From positions 152,396,001-152,460,000 of the forward strand of contig NC_043000.1 in NCBI RefSeq assembly GCF_006345805.1: a stretch of DNA of 64,000 bases. The letters run 5' to 3'. This document shows positions 24,170 to 36,989 of the stretch, in pieces. Source of the stretch: Octopus sinensis (Eukaryota). Each line of letters opens with the position of its first letter. Positions within the stretch are counted from its first letter, which is position 1. The translations under genes were made by a program, and so were the position numbers. Under the pieces are notes generated by a model. It saw only the letters and a program-made list of their open reading frames with translations. It was not told the DNA's origin and ran no database searches.

Positions 24170-25400
24170 TCTCTTGAAATCAAAACTCAACTCAAGGAAC
24201 CTTGTGACTGCCATCAACATATGGGCGGTTGCTGTAGTCCACTATAGCCCACCCATCCTGAAATGGACACAAGCGGAGATTAACCAATTTGATCGTGCTA
24301 CCCGAAAGACAATGATAATGTATGGTGCCCTCCACCCTAAGGTGAATGTACAAAGGCTCTACATGAAGAGGGATAAAGGTGGACGTGGGCTGATTAGCGT
24401 ACGAGAGTGCATCAACATGGCAGAATATTTGGAAAACAGTAAACAAGACCTGCTACAAGTATTCTGCTAATGCAGAAAGATTTAACAAAAGTGTACTTGA
24501 GAGTGCTCATGAATTTAGATCCAGAACAGCCAACGAGAGAGAAGAAACCCTGCTCTTGATGAAATTACATGGTCAGTTCCACCGTGACACCAACAAATTA
24601 AAAAACCAGGAAGCATCATGGAAGTAGCTTAACAAGGGTGGCCTAAAAAAGAATACTAAAAGCCTAATCATCGCTGCCCAGGACCAAGTATTGAGTACCA
24701 ACTCAGTGAAAAAGAATATATACTGCACAAGGGCAACGGACCTCTGCAGAATGTGTGGGAAGAGGATCGAAAGCGTGACTCACATTGTTAGTGCTTGTGA
24801 AAGTCTTATGCAGAAAGAGTACAGGTGTAGACACGACAAAGTAGCCCAAAACCTCCACTGGCTAATATGCCATACATATAGATATGAGGTTACGGGTGCT
24901 TGGTACCAATATACACCGGAAAAGGCAATGGACGAAAAGGGGAAGGTAAAAATCCTCTGGGACTTTGACTTCCAGACAGATGAGGTATTAGAGCACCGAA
25001 GGCCGATACAGTGACCTTTAGGAGGGATAAACAAGAGTGCCTAATAATTGATATGACAGTGCCAAGGGATCAACATATCATCATGAAAGAAAGAGAAAAA
25101 GTTGGTAAATATGGAGACCTGAGAATTGAGATCGCTAAGATGTGGCAGCTACGAGAGTCAAACATGAAGGTTATTCCTATTGTCATCGGAGCATTGAGTT
25201 CAACACCACCCAATCAGAAAAAAGACATCTGAAAACTTTAGAAATACCCTACAATCTTGGTGTATTGCAAAAGTCGGCATTACTTGGAACTGCACGTATA
25301 TTGCGTAAAGTGCTATCTCTCTGGGGTCCTTGCTGTAACTTGACAAACTGTACAACCTCCCGCTAGATACAATATCTTAAATCAAAAATAACATTCACAA
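24170..25400 (+). pseudogene. Second 5'-truncated R4/Dong-like retrotransposon
   Basis: LNSRNLVTAINIWAVAVVHYS, LYMKRDKGGRGL, AAQDQ, CRMCGKRIESVTHIVSAC, RHDKVA, ILWDFDFQTD and LQKSALLGTARILRKVL. Confidence 0.9.
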
Positions 25401-26448
25401 CACCATACTGTAACAAGGGCGTTCTCAGAATATTTTAATCTGAAATGTTTGTTTAAAAGTTGATCTTGTTATTTCAACGTCAACTCAAGGAAATTCTGCC
25501 AACATAGATTTTTATCTTGTACTTTTAGTATTTTGGTCACCTTAAGGATCATATCCGGTGGATATCAATGTAATTATTCCTTTTTGGTGCCACCCATACA
25601 CACAGAGGCACACGTTCACAGGCACACGCACACACACGATTGGCAGCACTCATAGCATACAGAAATAGGCATGCGAACAGAAAAGTGGAAGATTAGCGAT
25701 GCTGGCAGACTGTATAAGGAAGACTGAAAAACTGAGTCGTGTAAGTGGTTTATGCGGAAGAAAGAGTAATTTAAGTGTTTTAAGTGTGTACAATCGTGCT
25801 TAAACCTACTCTAACTGATTATGAAATTATCTGATAAGAGAAAGGACATTGACAGTTGTACAATGTCAAACACAACTAAGAAAGCTTGTACGTAAAATAT
25901 AGAAAAAAAATAAGAACTCCCCGCCTCATAAAAAAAAAAAAAAATTGAAATTAAATATAGTGTAACAGCCACTGCACAATCCAACCAGAAGGTTAGCGAA
26001 TGTACGTAATAATAACTTAACAGTAAAGAGATGTATTTCAGCATGTTGAATTATATCAAGCAATAAAATTGAGATACGAGTCAACCATAGAGTCAGCATT
26101 GTTTATTAATTTGTTTTACAGCGGCCCATGGACTTTCCACTTGTTACATGTGGGTACCATTTGTGTGTGTGTGTGTGGGGGGCGTGTGTATGTGTGTGTG
26201 TGTGGGGGGGCGTGTGTATGTGTGTGCGTGCACACACACACGCACGCTCTCACAAATACACACCAGAAAGTATAGTACCTTTGCATGACAATGAACTGGA
26301 TTGCACATTTTATATGTCCTGAAAATAATCATATTGAAAAACTTACGGTAGGTTCGAATATTTATGCCTTTAGTCTTAATACATAAACTCATAATTACAG
26401 ATATACAGAGATGGGAAACTATATTTTTTAATTCCCATTCATAATATA

Positions 26449-27959
26449 TATTTCTTTACTACCCACAAGGGGCTAAACATAGAAGGAACAAACAAGGACA
26501 GACAAACGGATTAAGTCGATTACATCGAGCCCAGGGCGTAACTGGTACTTAATTTATCGACCCCGAAAGGATGAAAGGCAAAGTCGACCTCGGTGGAATT
26601 TGAACTCAGAACGTAGCGGCAGACGAAATACCTATTTCTTTACCACCCACAAGGGGCTAAACACAGAGGGGACAAACAAGGATAGACAAACGGATTAAGT
26701 CGATTACATCGAGCCCAGGGCGTAACTGGTACTTAATTTATCGACCCCGAAAGGATGAAAGGCAAAGTCGACCTCGGTGGAATTTGAACTCAGAACGTAG
26801 CGGCAGACGAAAATACCTATTTCTTTACCACCCACAAAGGGCTAACTAAACACGAGGGGACAAACAAGGATAGACAACGGATTAAGTCGATTACATCGAG
26901 CCCAGGGCGAACTGGTACTTAATTTATCGACCCGAAAGGATGAAAGGCAAAGTCGACCTCGGTGGAATTTGAACTCAGAACGTAGCGGCAGACGAAATAC
27001 CTATTTCTTTACCACCCACAAGGGGCTAAACACAGAGGAGACAAACAAGGATAGACAAACGGATTAAGTCGATTACATCGAGCCCAGGGCGTAACTGGTA
27101 CTTAATTTATCGACCCCGAAAGGATGAAAAGCAAAGTCGACCTCGGTGGAATTTGAACTCAGAACGTAGCGGCAGACGAAATACCTATTTCTTTACCACC
27201 CACAAGGGGCTAAACACAGAGGGGACAAACAAGGATAGACAAACGGATTAAGTCGATTACATCGACCCCAGTGCGTAACTGGTACTTAATTTATCGACCC
27301 CGAAAGGATGAAAAGCAAAGTCGACCTCGGTGGAATTTGAACTCAGAACGTAGCGGCAGACGAAAATACCTATTTCTTTACCACCCACAAGGGGAAAACA
27401 CAGAGGGGACAAACAAGGATAGACAAACGGATTAAGTCGATTACATCGAGCCAGGTAACTGGTACTTAATTTATCGACCCCGAAAGATGAAAGGCAAAGT
27501 CGACCTCGGTGGAATTTGAACTCAGAACGTAGCGGCAGACGAAATACCTATTCTTTACCACCACAGGGGCTAAACACAGAGGAGACAAACAAGGATAGAC
27601 AAACGGATTAAGTCGATTACATCGAGCCCAGGGCGTAACTGGTACTTAATTTATCGACCCCGAAAGGATGAAAAGCAAAGTCGACCTCGGTGGAATTTGA
27701 ACTCAGAACGTAGCGGCAGACGAAATACCTATTCTTTACCACCCACAAGGGGTAAACACAGAGGGGACAACAAGGATAGACAAACGGATTAAGTCGATTA
27801 CATCGACCCCAGTGCGTAACTGGTACTTAATTTATCGACCCCGAAAGGATGAAAGGCAAAGTCGACCTCGGTGGAATTTGAACTCAGAACGTAACGGCAG
27901 ACAAAATATGGCTACGCATTTCGCCCGGCGTGCTAACGGTTCTGCCAGCTCGCCGCCTT
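26449..27959 (-). mobile_element. SINE family B octamer (one head plus eight ~183-bp bodies) with 17-bp TSD
   Basis: Eight units counted. ttcccattcataatata occurs at 26432-26448 and 27960-27976. A single head lies at about 27900-27959. Confidence 0.92.
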
Positions 27960-28578
27960 TTCCCATTCATAATATAAACTACGATAACATGAATAGTGGG
28001 GATCTCAGCAAAAGAACTGACTATCGGAAAGATATAACAGATTCCATAGTTCTTATATATTGTAACCGTCTCCCTTAATGGCCATTTTTTAAAAAACATT
28101 GTGCACAACCATTAAATGCTTTAATTGGAAGAAAATGAGGCAAGTTCATATTTGATGCAATTGACATGAATCAAAGCCACTTTTCTTCTTCAAAAACACC
28201 CTACAAACATGGAAGAATACTGGAATTGACATAATTTGTTGATTCCACGCTGGACTACACTTATAATTTGGAGAAATGCTTTTACTGCTATGTATGTAGA
28301 AAGTAACTTCATAAAGTGTATGAAAGAGAAAAAACAAGGCAGTGAATTAGAATTAGTTTTATACAGTTGAAATTTTCAATTGTAAAATATACTGAAAACC
28401 ACATCTGATAAAAAAAAATATATTAAAATTAGTATTTGAAGCATTTCTACACAGTGTGGATTTTAGTAATTGCTTTCTTGTTGTAAAACTTGCATACTCC
28501 AAACCAAATAGTAAGCAGCTTTCTTTATTAAAGTGTAAATATGCAACACACAACTGATATTCTGGTATAAGCGATATT

Positions 28579-28888
28579 GGTACTACTAGCGAACAGTGGT
28601 CTCGGTGCGCGCAGTCACGCATCCGCGCCAGCTAGTCATGACTAGTCGATCCTTACTTTGTGTTTTTGTGTGTTATTTACTTTGTTTAAAAAATTATTTA
28701 CTTTGTGTTTTTGTGTTTTATTTACTTTGTTTAACAAAAATTATTTACTTTGTGTAAAAAATTTATTTATTTTGTGTTTTATTTACTTTGCTAGGTAGTC
28801 GTTGTAGGATCGACTACTTACGACTAGCTAGCGCGGATGCGCGACTGCGCGTGTGCGCGCACCGGGACCACTGTTCGCTAGTAGTACC
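28579..28888. mobile_element. 310-bp Merlin-type MITE with perfect 8-bp TSD
   Basis: TIRs GGTACTACTAGCGAACAGTGGTC and GACCACTGTTCGCTAGTAGTACC. TSD gcgatatt at 28571-28578 and 28889-28896. Internal ttatttactttgt tandem repeats. Confidence 0.92.
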
Positions 28889-30353
28889 GCGATATTTTCC
28901 TATGAGCATTAAAGAATTCAAACATTAGTTTTAGGGATAATTCCTGTTATATCAACAACTAATGAAAGTATTTGTAGTGTGACTGAAAAATTTTAACAGC
29001 AAACATTGATATAATAATTGCACTGGACTTGGTGTTTTCGCAAATAAATGAATAAATAAAATGATTGTATAAACTGTATATATCATAGTTTGGTTTTATG
29101 TAGCTAGAAAGCACTGCTCGTTTCTTAATTCACCTTTCCTGATATCAGAAAACCGTTGAGATCATTACAAGAAAAGTCATTCCGTAAAAATTGATAGAAA
29201 TATATGCTTCTATAAATTTGTTAGCTCAAGTATGACTTGTTGGTTGCTCAGAGAGAAATATATATTCAGATAATCCTGTAGTAATGGTAGGATCTCAAGT
29301 CGTATTTTATGTCAATTTTTGAAAAGGAAAAGAATTATACGGCATGTACATTGATCGATCTACTCTAAGATGAAACCAATAAATTTTATCTTCGTTTTGC
29401 TCATCCATATATCTTGAAATTTCGGCCCGTAAATGCAGCTTTTCAAGCTTCTAATTCCAACCACAGTAAACTATTTGATTGCTATAAGAATTTAAGAATC
29501 ATTATGCCACAATAGTTGTCTAGAGATTTCCAGCAAGCAAAAGATTCTGGCTCGTACATCTTGAGAATAGACCTTCAAAAATGACTTTCATGTAAGGTCT
29601 GATATGAAATGTTTTTCCTGTGATAAGGTCAGATCGGATACTATTCTCCAAGTACGTGCGCTACCGGAAGAAGACAAACCAAAGAAAGGAGGAATGACTT
29701 GAAGTTCAATTACCATTTTCTCCATTCATAAAATAAATCAGCTCATAAGATAACATATTTTACTATTTAACAGTTATTGTGTAGGTAATTCCAGATCCCT
29801 GCCACGGTGAGCAAACAGCGGTTCTGTTAAGGTAAGTTAATTTTTAAAAACGGCAGGTATGAGATACACGAAATAGTTCTAAAGTTCGCAGATTCCATCC
29901 ATCAACACAGGACAAAGGGTTCCTTAGTTAATCATGGACTGTTTGGAAGCACACACCATTTCCCAGTGATTGCAGGTTGCGAGCATATGACTACAGTGTC
30001 AGCAAAGCGAAAATGTTCAATGGCGCATAAATGAAAATAGAATAGAGTTGAAATGGCACCATATGACAGCAATATTCTCAAACTGGGGGGAAAACGGCAC
30101 AATTGAGCTCATATCAGATACCGTAACGTATTTTATACAGTAATTTATAATGTCTTTTTTCACAATGAGAATTATTTAACGACTAGAATCACTTAAAAAT
30201 CACTTTAAAATCGTTTAGGTTGTTCTGTTAGGTCGATAGACTTGAAAACATCAAACTTTTTGAATTTCACTTTATCGGTATTCCATTAGCATTCTTAGAT
30301 GTTTTAGAGTGAAACTGCCGAAACAAAAAAAGTAAACGGTGTATAGGCGTTTA

Positions 30354-30518
30354 TAGGCGTAGGAGTAGCTGTGTGGTAAGTAGCTTGCATACCAACCACA
30401 TGGTTCCGGGTTCACTCCCACTGCGTGGCACCTTGGGCAAGTGTCTTCTACTATAGCCTCGAGCCGACCAAAGCCGTGTGAGTGGATTTAGTAGACGGAA
30501 ACTGAAAGAAGCCCGTCG

Positions 30519-30555
<37 letters not shown>

Positions 30556-30768
30556 ATGTTTATATGTCTGTGTTTGTCCCCCCACCATCGCTTGACAACC
30601 GATGCTGGTGTGTTTACGTCCCCGTAACTTAACGGTTCGGCGAAAGAGACCGATAGAATAAGTACTAGGCTTACAAAAGAATAAGTCCTGGGGTCGATTT
30701 GCTCGACTAAAAGGCGGTGCTCCAGTATGGCCACAGTCAAATGACTGAAACAAGTAAAAGAGTAAAAG
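30354..30768 (+). mobile_element. SINE family A, full length
   Basis: Matches the other copies end to end. Confidence 0.9.
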
Positions 30769-32156
30769 GGGGTGTGTTAATATAAACAGTGTCGTTTGTG
30801 TGATATTTTTGGCTATTTGGCATGACTCTAATAGATCTATGCAACAAAGTAAAATTTAAGCCAGAGATCAGTGGTGTCCAATACAGAAACTCTTACGTGA
30901 CAACAGGAAAATATACAAAATGAAGCCAAAGAAGTGGTGTCAGTTTCCGAGACGGAAATGAAACTCTCTAATAAATGTAGAAACAGGAACCAAAAGAAAA
31001 AAGTGCTTGAGGATACAAACGTGGCGGAAATGATTTACATAGCTGATATTCCAAACTGACAGCTGATTCTACAGAAATTTTGTTTTATGTTTGAGTGATA
31101 CGGTGTATAAAACTGTACAATTTAGTGCTGTTTGGCAGAACATTTTGATTTCTTGAGGGAATATTCCATTACATCTGAAGGCATGTTACAAGAAAGAATA
31201 GCTAGAAGGTTAACAGTGCATCAATATCGGAAATGCAACTGGTATATAATATTTATCGTTGGTACATAAAGCAAATTTTAGTAAACCAAGATACCTTTAG
31301 AATTTCTAAATTTATTAACCCCCTACAGACTTTGCGAGATACTTCTGAATGTCTGAGTTGTCTTGAGAATATTGTTGATACATACGGCTATAGTAGCATC
31401 AACCAAAATATCTTTTAGCAAACTCAAACACATGGAAAACATTTTAAAGCCTACCATGCCCCCAAATCGATTTGTTAATTTAGCGCAAGACTAAGTACTG
31501 AATTAAATATTGCCAGAAAATTGGATTTTGAAAGTATTACTAGAAATTGGGCAGATTAGAAGAAAGAAAAAAAGCGAAAGAAGAAAAGAAAGAAAAATTA
31601 CATTGTTCATATTTCGTCCTGACCATGTTTTCTGACAGGAAAAACTACAACTTTCAAAATTTGGTATCCAATTTTCTTAAAGGAAAAAGACACAACTAAG
31701 AAATGAAGGTCCACCGAAAGATTAAAATGAAATCTTTTATGGCTTACGATTCTGAACTACGGTGATCTCATAAGCAAGAAAAAGAAAAAAAAAAACTTTA
31801 AAAAAAAATTAGCTTTCTTATTTAAGGCCAGAAAATTCTTAAGTAGCTAACAATTACTATTCCTCTGCAATGTTGAAATGAAATTCATTATGGAATACTG
31901 CTCCTACATTTTGGAACCGTACCGTTGCTGCACTCATGGATATCCAAGACTTCATCCAAAGACCGCTCGGCAGCCTAAGCTGTTTCAATTTTAATTTTCT
32001 TTACACCCGATTAAATAAGTTTTTATATACAGAATTAATTATTTTACTGTATGGCGTATTTCACAATTATTGCCGTATATTTTTTGTTGGACATAATCAC
32101 TGGACAAAGTCTTAAATGCAAATTTCTTAACTGAACACTTGCACCTATGTGTGTGT

Positions 32157-32191
<35 letters not shown>

Positions 32192-32221
32192 TCTCTCTCT
32201 CTCTCTCTCTCCATCTCTCTA

Positions 32222-32256
<35 letters not shown>

Positions 32257-32262
32257 CATCTT

Positions 32263-32335
<73 letters not shown>

Positions 32336-32338
<3 letters not shown>

Positions 32339-32733
32339 TTTTATTCTCTTTATTTGTTTCAGTCATTTGATTGCGGCCATGCTGGAGCACCGCCTTTAGT
32401 CGAGCAAATCGACCCCAGGACTTATTCTTTGTAAGCCTAGTACTTATTCTATCGGTCTCTTTTGCCGAATCGCTAAGATACGGTGACGTAAACATACCAG
32501 CATTGGCTGTTAAGCGATGGTGGCGGGGGGAGGGGACAAACACAGATACACAAACATATACATTCACACACACACACATGACAAGCTTCTTTCAGTTTCC
32601 GTCTGCCACATCCACTCACAGGGTTTTGGTGGGCCCGAAGTTATAGCAGAAGAAACTTGCCCAAGGTGCACGCAGTGTGACTGAACCCGGAATCATGTGG
32701 CCGGTAAGCAAGCTACTTACCACACAGCCACTC
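32336..32733 (-). mobile_element. SINE family A
   Basis: Reverse-complement copy adjacent to (CT)n/(TA)n tracts. Confidence 0.85.
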
Positions 32734-32738
32734 AAGTT

Positions 32739-32771
<33 letters not shown>

Positions 32772-33357
32772 ATATAACAAAATAATAAATAAAACATATA
32801 AAACATATGCATATATACATACATATATGTACGTACCAACCTCTACATGTATATATACATGCATATATGGGTACAGGACACCAAAAAAACGTCGAACACA
32901 ATGAGAAACGAAAACATAAAAACAAAACCATGGAAACGGACTTTTTTCAAACAACGAAAAAACAGAGTACAAGACATACAACACAAGGAACATTCCCCTT
33001 CTTCAGCTGCCCCTGCTTCGTCTACTCCGTGTATAGTCGTAAGACACCCGTTGTTTTTTCCTGTTTATACCATTATTGTTTTTTGTATTTATATTCGTGT
33101 GGCATCGTCCGTTTTTCTGTCCTTGTTTCGTATACATTCGATCCTTTTTCCAAGAAATCTAATGCTCGTAGCTTAGTTTTCCTTGGGGCTGGCCGGATCG
33201 GAGCGATCTCAAGATTAATCAGCCGAAATTGCGAGGATGATCCGGTTCTTGACTGAAGATTGAAGGCTTCGAATGTCCCGTCCGTGTTTTTTGTATCGTC
33301 TTCTAAATGTTTTACGTTCTTGTTCCAGTTTTTATTTTTCTACATATAATAATAATA

Positions 33358-33398
<41 letters not shown>

Positions 33399-33987
33399 TA
33401 TATATATATATATTTACGGTTGAATGCAAGTTCGTCCTTTCATTGGAGTAATTTCCAAAGATTTCAAACGATGTTTCTTCATACTTTACTTTTGAATTTA
33501 CTACTGTAAATTAGTGTAGATATGAAGACATATATAGAAATATTAAGTATATGATTTAACTTATTAAACACAATTCAACAAATTCATTCATATTTATGTA
33601 AATGGAGGAGATTTAGATGTTAAAATGGATTATAGTTTCTACTACTCATGTTGTAATGCAATTTGTTTCGTACACGAAGACGGAGATAAGATTAGAAAAT
33701 TTGACTTGTCAGAAAGCACTCATCGGTAGCTTAGATAAAAACTAAAAGGGCGTTAAGATTACAGAAGTTATGGTGTTATTAATCGTTTTGTAATGAGTTC
33801 TTGTCCTTGGAGTCATGTCTATAATAAACAAGAAATTGCTGAACTGTGTTTAATAAATTAAATCATATACTTGTGATATATATATATATATATATATATA
33901 ACTAATGTAGGATAAAATTTTTTTCGGGAAAAAATTTTTATCAATGGCCAGCATATCAAAAGATACCTTTAAAGGTCAAATTTATAA

Positions 33988-34146
33988 ATAATTTACAAAA
34001 TAAGGGCAAAAGAAAAATTCTAATGCCAAATATGCCGAAAAAAAGACAAAATTGTCAATAACCATCATAATTATGATGGTTATTGACAATTTTGTCTTTT
34101 TTTCGGCATATTATGCATTAGAATTTTTCTTTTGCCCTTATTTTGT

Positions 34147-34153
<7 letters not shown>
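33988..34153. repeat. 166-bp near-perfect palindrome with no spacer
   Basis: 83-bp arms centred on cataa|ttatg (34070/34071), with two adjacent mismatches. Confidence 0.95.
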
Positions 34154-34197
<44 letters not shown>

Positions 34198-34463
34198 AGG
34201 GGTTTGTATGATTGTGTACAGAGGGATATATAGTATTCAAAGGAATTCCAACTCTGTCTGTTTTTTATGTTTTATTTATATTCTTTATAATATTAATGTA
34301 GAATGTAGAATATATAGTATAAATAGTATATATAGTAAAATGAAATGCAGTATTGATTGTCTTATTGAATAGATGAAATATTGAATATAAAATATTAAAT
34401 ATTTAGGGACTAGTATACTTTCTTGCATTAAAGCAGCCTTCAAGGTCCCAGGTTGTGACATGA

Positions 34464-34464
<1 letters not shown>

Positions 34465-34516
<52 letters not shown>

Positions 34517-34614
34517 CATACAAATATATATATATATATATAAATACATACATATATATATATATATTATATATATATAATATATATATATATATATAAA
34601 TACATACATATATA

Positions 34615-34671
<57 letters not shown>

Positions 34672-34688
34672 ATATATATATGTATATT

Positions 34689-34782
<94 letters not shown>
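34465..34782. repeat. Compound (TA)n microsatellite
   Basis: Direct reading. Confidence 0.95.
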
Positions 34783-35576
34783 AGGTCCCCTTCGATCGCA
34801 AATGACTGCGGGATTGCACCGTGAAAGTTCCCCTGCGAGGCACACCAGTCTCCTCTCTCCATGTCATAGATGTTGTCCAAGCAAGGCAAAGCAAAGACCG
34901 ATAGAACTTGGAATAAGTGACGTCGCAACTGATTTATAAAGCTGAGTGAACTGGAGCAACGTGAAATATAGCGTCTTGCTCAAGAACACATCACGCAGTT
35001 CAGTCAGGGAATCGAACTCACAACCTCACGATTGCAAGTCCGAGGCTTTAACCACTAGGCCACGTGCCTTCATTATATTTTTGTGTATATTTTATGAGTG
35101 CGTATGTTTGTGCATATCCGTGCATGTGTGTGTGAAAGAGAAAGAGAGGGGGAGGAGTGAGCGAGAGATAGAGAGAGGGGGAGGGGGGACGAAGGCATGA
35201 AGTAAAATAGGGGATGGAACCATCAAACGCCAATTGTTTCCAAAGTGTGATGATAACGGTATATGTGGTTTTCCAGAATCTTTTACCGGATATCGAACTG
35301 ATGATAAACTTCGAAAGAAGGTTAACGCCTCAAGTGGAAGCATTTGCTTTCCAAAGATGCACCTCGATGATGCACCTCGATGATGGACACAGTGCCACAA
35401 TTCGACAGGCGATCGTACAGAGACAAAACATACACGGCTAGCGGACTCTCGATCATCTTCCCTGAAAAATTGCATCTCCAGGGATAAGCTCACGCAGGGT
35501 AGCAATGAACATACACTAGCCAGTCGTTCTATAAATAATGGGGACATGTGTTTAAAAGTTTGTGGTGTATCACATA

Positions 35577-35700
35577 CACAGGCGTAGCTAGGAGGTGGTA
35601 GGGCGGTTCGCTCCGGGTGGCATTTTTGGGTCTGCTGTAGGCAATATGTTTTTTTTGTGGGGAGGTTCGGGAAGCGGCAAACACTCTAGCTACGCTAGTG
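35577..35700. mobile_element. 124-bp hAT-type MITE
   Basis: 15-bp imperfect TIRs cacaggcgtagctag and ctagctacgctagtg. 8-bp TSD atcacata on both sides. Confidence 0.85.
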
Positions 35701-35762
35701 ATCACATAGCATGAAATAAAACGGAGCGGGTTTACATCGGTAGCACGTTCCCACACTGCACA

Positions 35763-36161
35763 TCTTTATATATAAAAGTGAAGTTGTGTGAGTGTCTGTC
35801 TCCTACGATTTAGATTCCTAACTACTCCCACATTTTGCGGTGCAGTTTAACCAAAACCGGGTATCTTATAGTGGTGATTCATAGCGAGCCCTTCTGGGTA
35901 TTAGCGCGCATCTACGATGAGTCTACGATTAAAAAAAAAATTTACCATCATTTCTTTCCATTTTAATGCATTTTTTTCGCTATTATATAAGGGAAGTAAC
36001 TCTCTAAAAATGTCTACGATGAGTCAACGATTTAAAAAAAATTTATCAATTTGTTTTCCATTTTTAATGCATTTTTTTGCTATTTTTGGCTATAACTATC
36101 TAAAAATGCTTATATAGTTATTTCCCTTACAAACCCGAGCAACGCCGGGCGATACTGCTAG
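35763..36161 (+). mobile_element. Non-autonomous Helitron (second 5' type)
   Basis: A|TCTTTATATATAAAAG start; cccgagcaacgccggg hairpin; CTAG|T end. Confidence 0.85.
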
Positions 36162-36492
36162 TCTGTGTATAAATCACATTCATAGGATTACCCTCTCTTT
36201 AAAAGAAACATCTGGAGAGGTGTCGTAACCAAGACAGTATGATCACCATCGGGGATTGTAAAAAATTAATTGATGAACATTTAATGGCAATACATCTGTC
36301 CAATTAATTAATTGGAGTCGTACTGCCGATTAAGTAACTGATTGCTGTCATCAATTAATACAATTAATTGCAGTTAATTGCAACATTGTCGGCGAAAGTT
36401 TTTCAAATGGCTCATACTTCATTCGACGTTCAATTGGCAAAAACAGCGTTCTATCATCATTTGAAGAATTGTGCTGACGCTTTGTTTTGACA

Positions 36493-36770
36493 GCTGAGAA
36501 TGATTCACACATTTTGTCATGCTTAGGAATTGACTATTGTGTATGTTGTCAAGCGTTAATGCTTGATTCGGACTGCTGAGAATGATACACATTCTATCAT
36601 GGTTGGGAATTGTCTATTGTGTATGTTGTCAAATGTTGATGCTTGATTCGGACTGCTGAAAATGATGCACATTCTACCATGGTTGGGAATTAGCTATTGT
36701 GTATGTTGTCAAATAATCGCTGTCGAGTGATTCTTGGTTCTGACCGCCGAGAATGATTCACACATCCTAT
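36493..36770. repeat. ~80-bp tandem repeat, about 3.3 diverged copies
   Basis: Recurring gctgagaatgat...ggaatt..ctattgtgtatgttgtcaa...gcttgattcggact. Confidence 0.85.
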
Positions 36771-36989
36771 CTTTAAGTCATTAAATTGTAACTTTGCCTG
36801 CAACGCGGTTGTATCTTGAATTCCGTTCCAACATATTAACTGAATCAGATTTTCACCAGTGGAGTGGTGAAATATCTTCTATCTTAAACTAACCCATGCC
36901 GCATGAAAACGAGCAAATCGTCAGAAAATTTCTTAACCAAAGACACAATGAATATGTAAGGAAATGGAAATACTGAAAATGTTGACAAA

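Noticed and set aside
26625-26640. SINE unit as a GT...AG intron circle (junction AG|GTATTT)
   Set aside because: The AG is part of a variable purine-rich tail with no polypyrimidine tract, and the linkers differ between arrays.
26449-27959. CRISPR-like regular array
   Set aside because: The units are full tandem copies with no unique spacers, there are no cas genes, and the context is eukaryotic.
27890-27959. tRNA genes
   Set aside because: The A/B-box-like motifs belong to SINE heads; no cloverleaf with an acceptor stem was found in the window.
34403-34928. Ile/Tyr-rich ORFs here and similar ORFs at 22241, 37772, 51397 and 52034
   Set aside because: They are translations of microsatellites.
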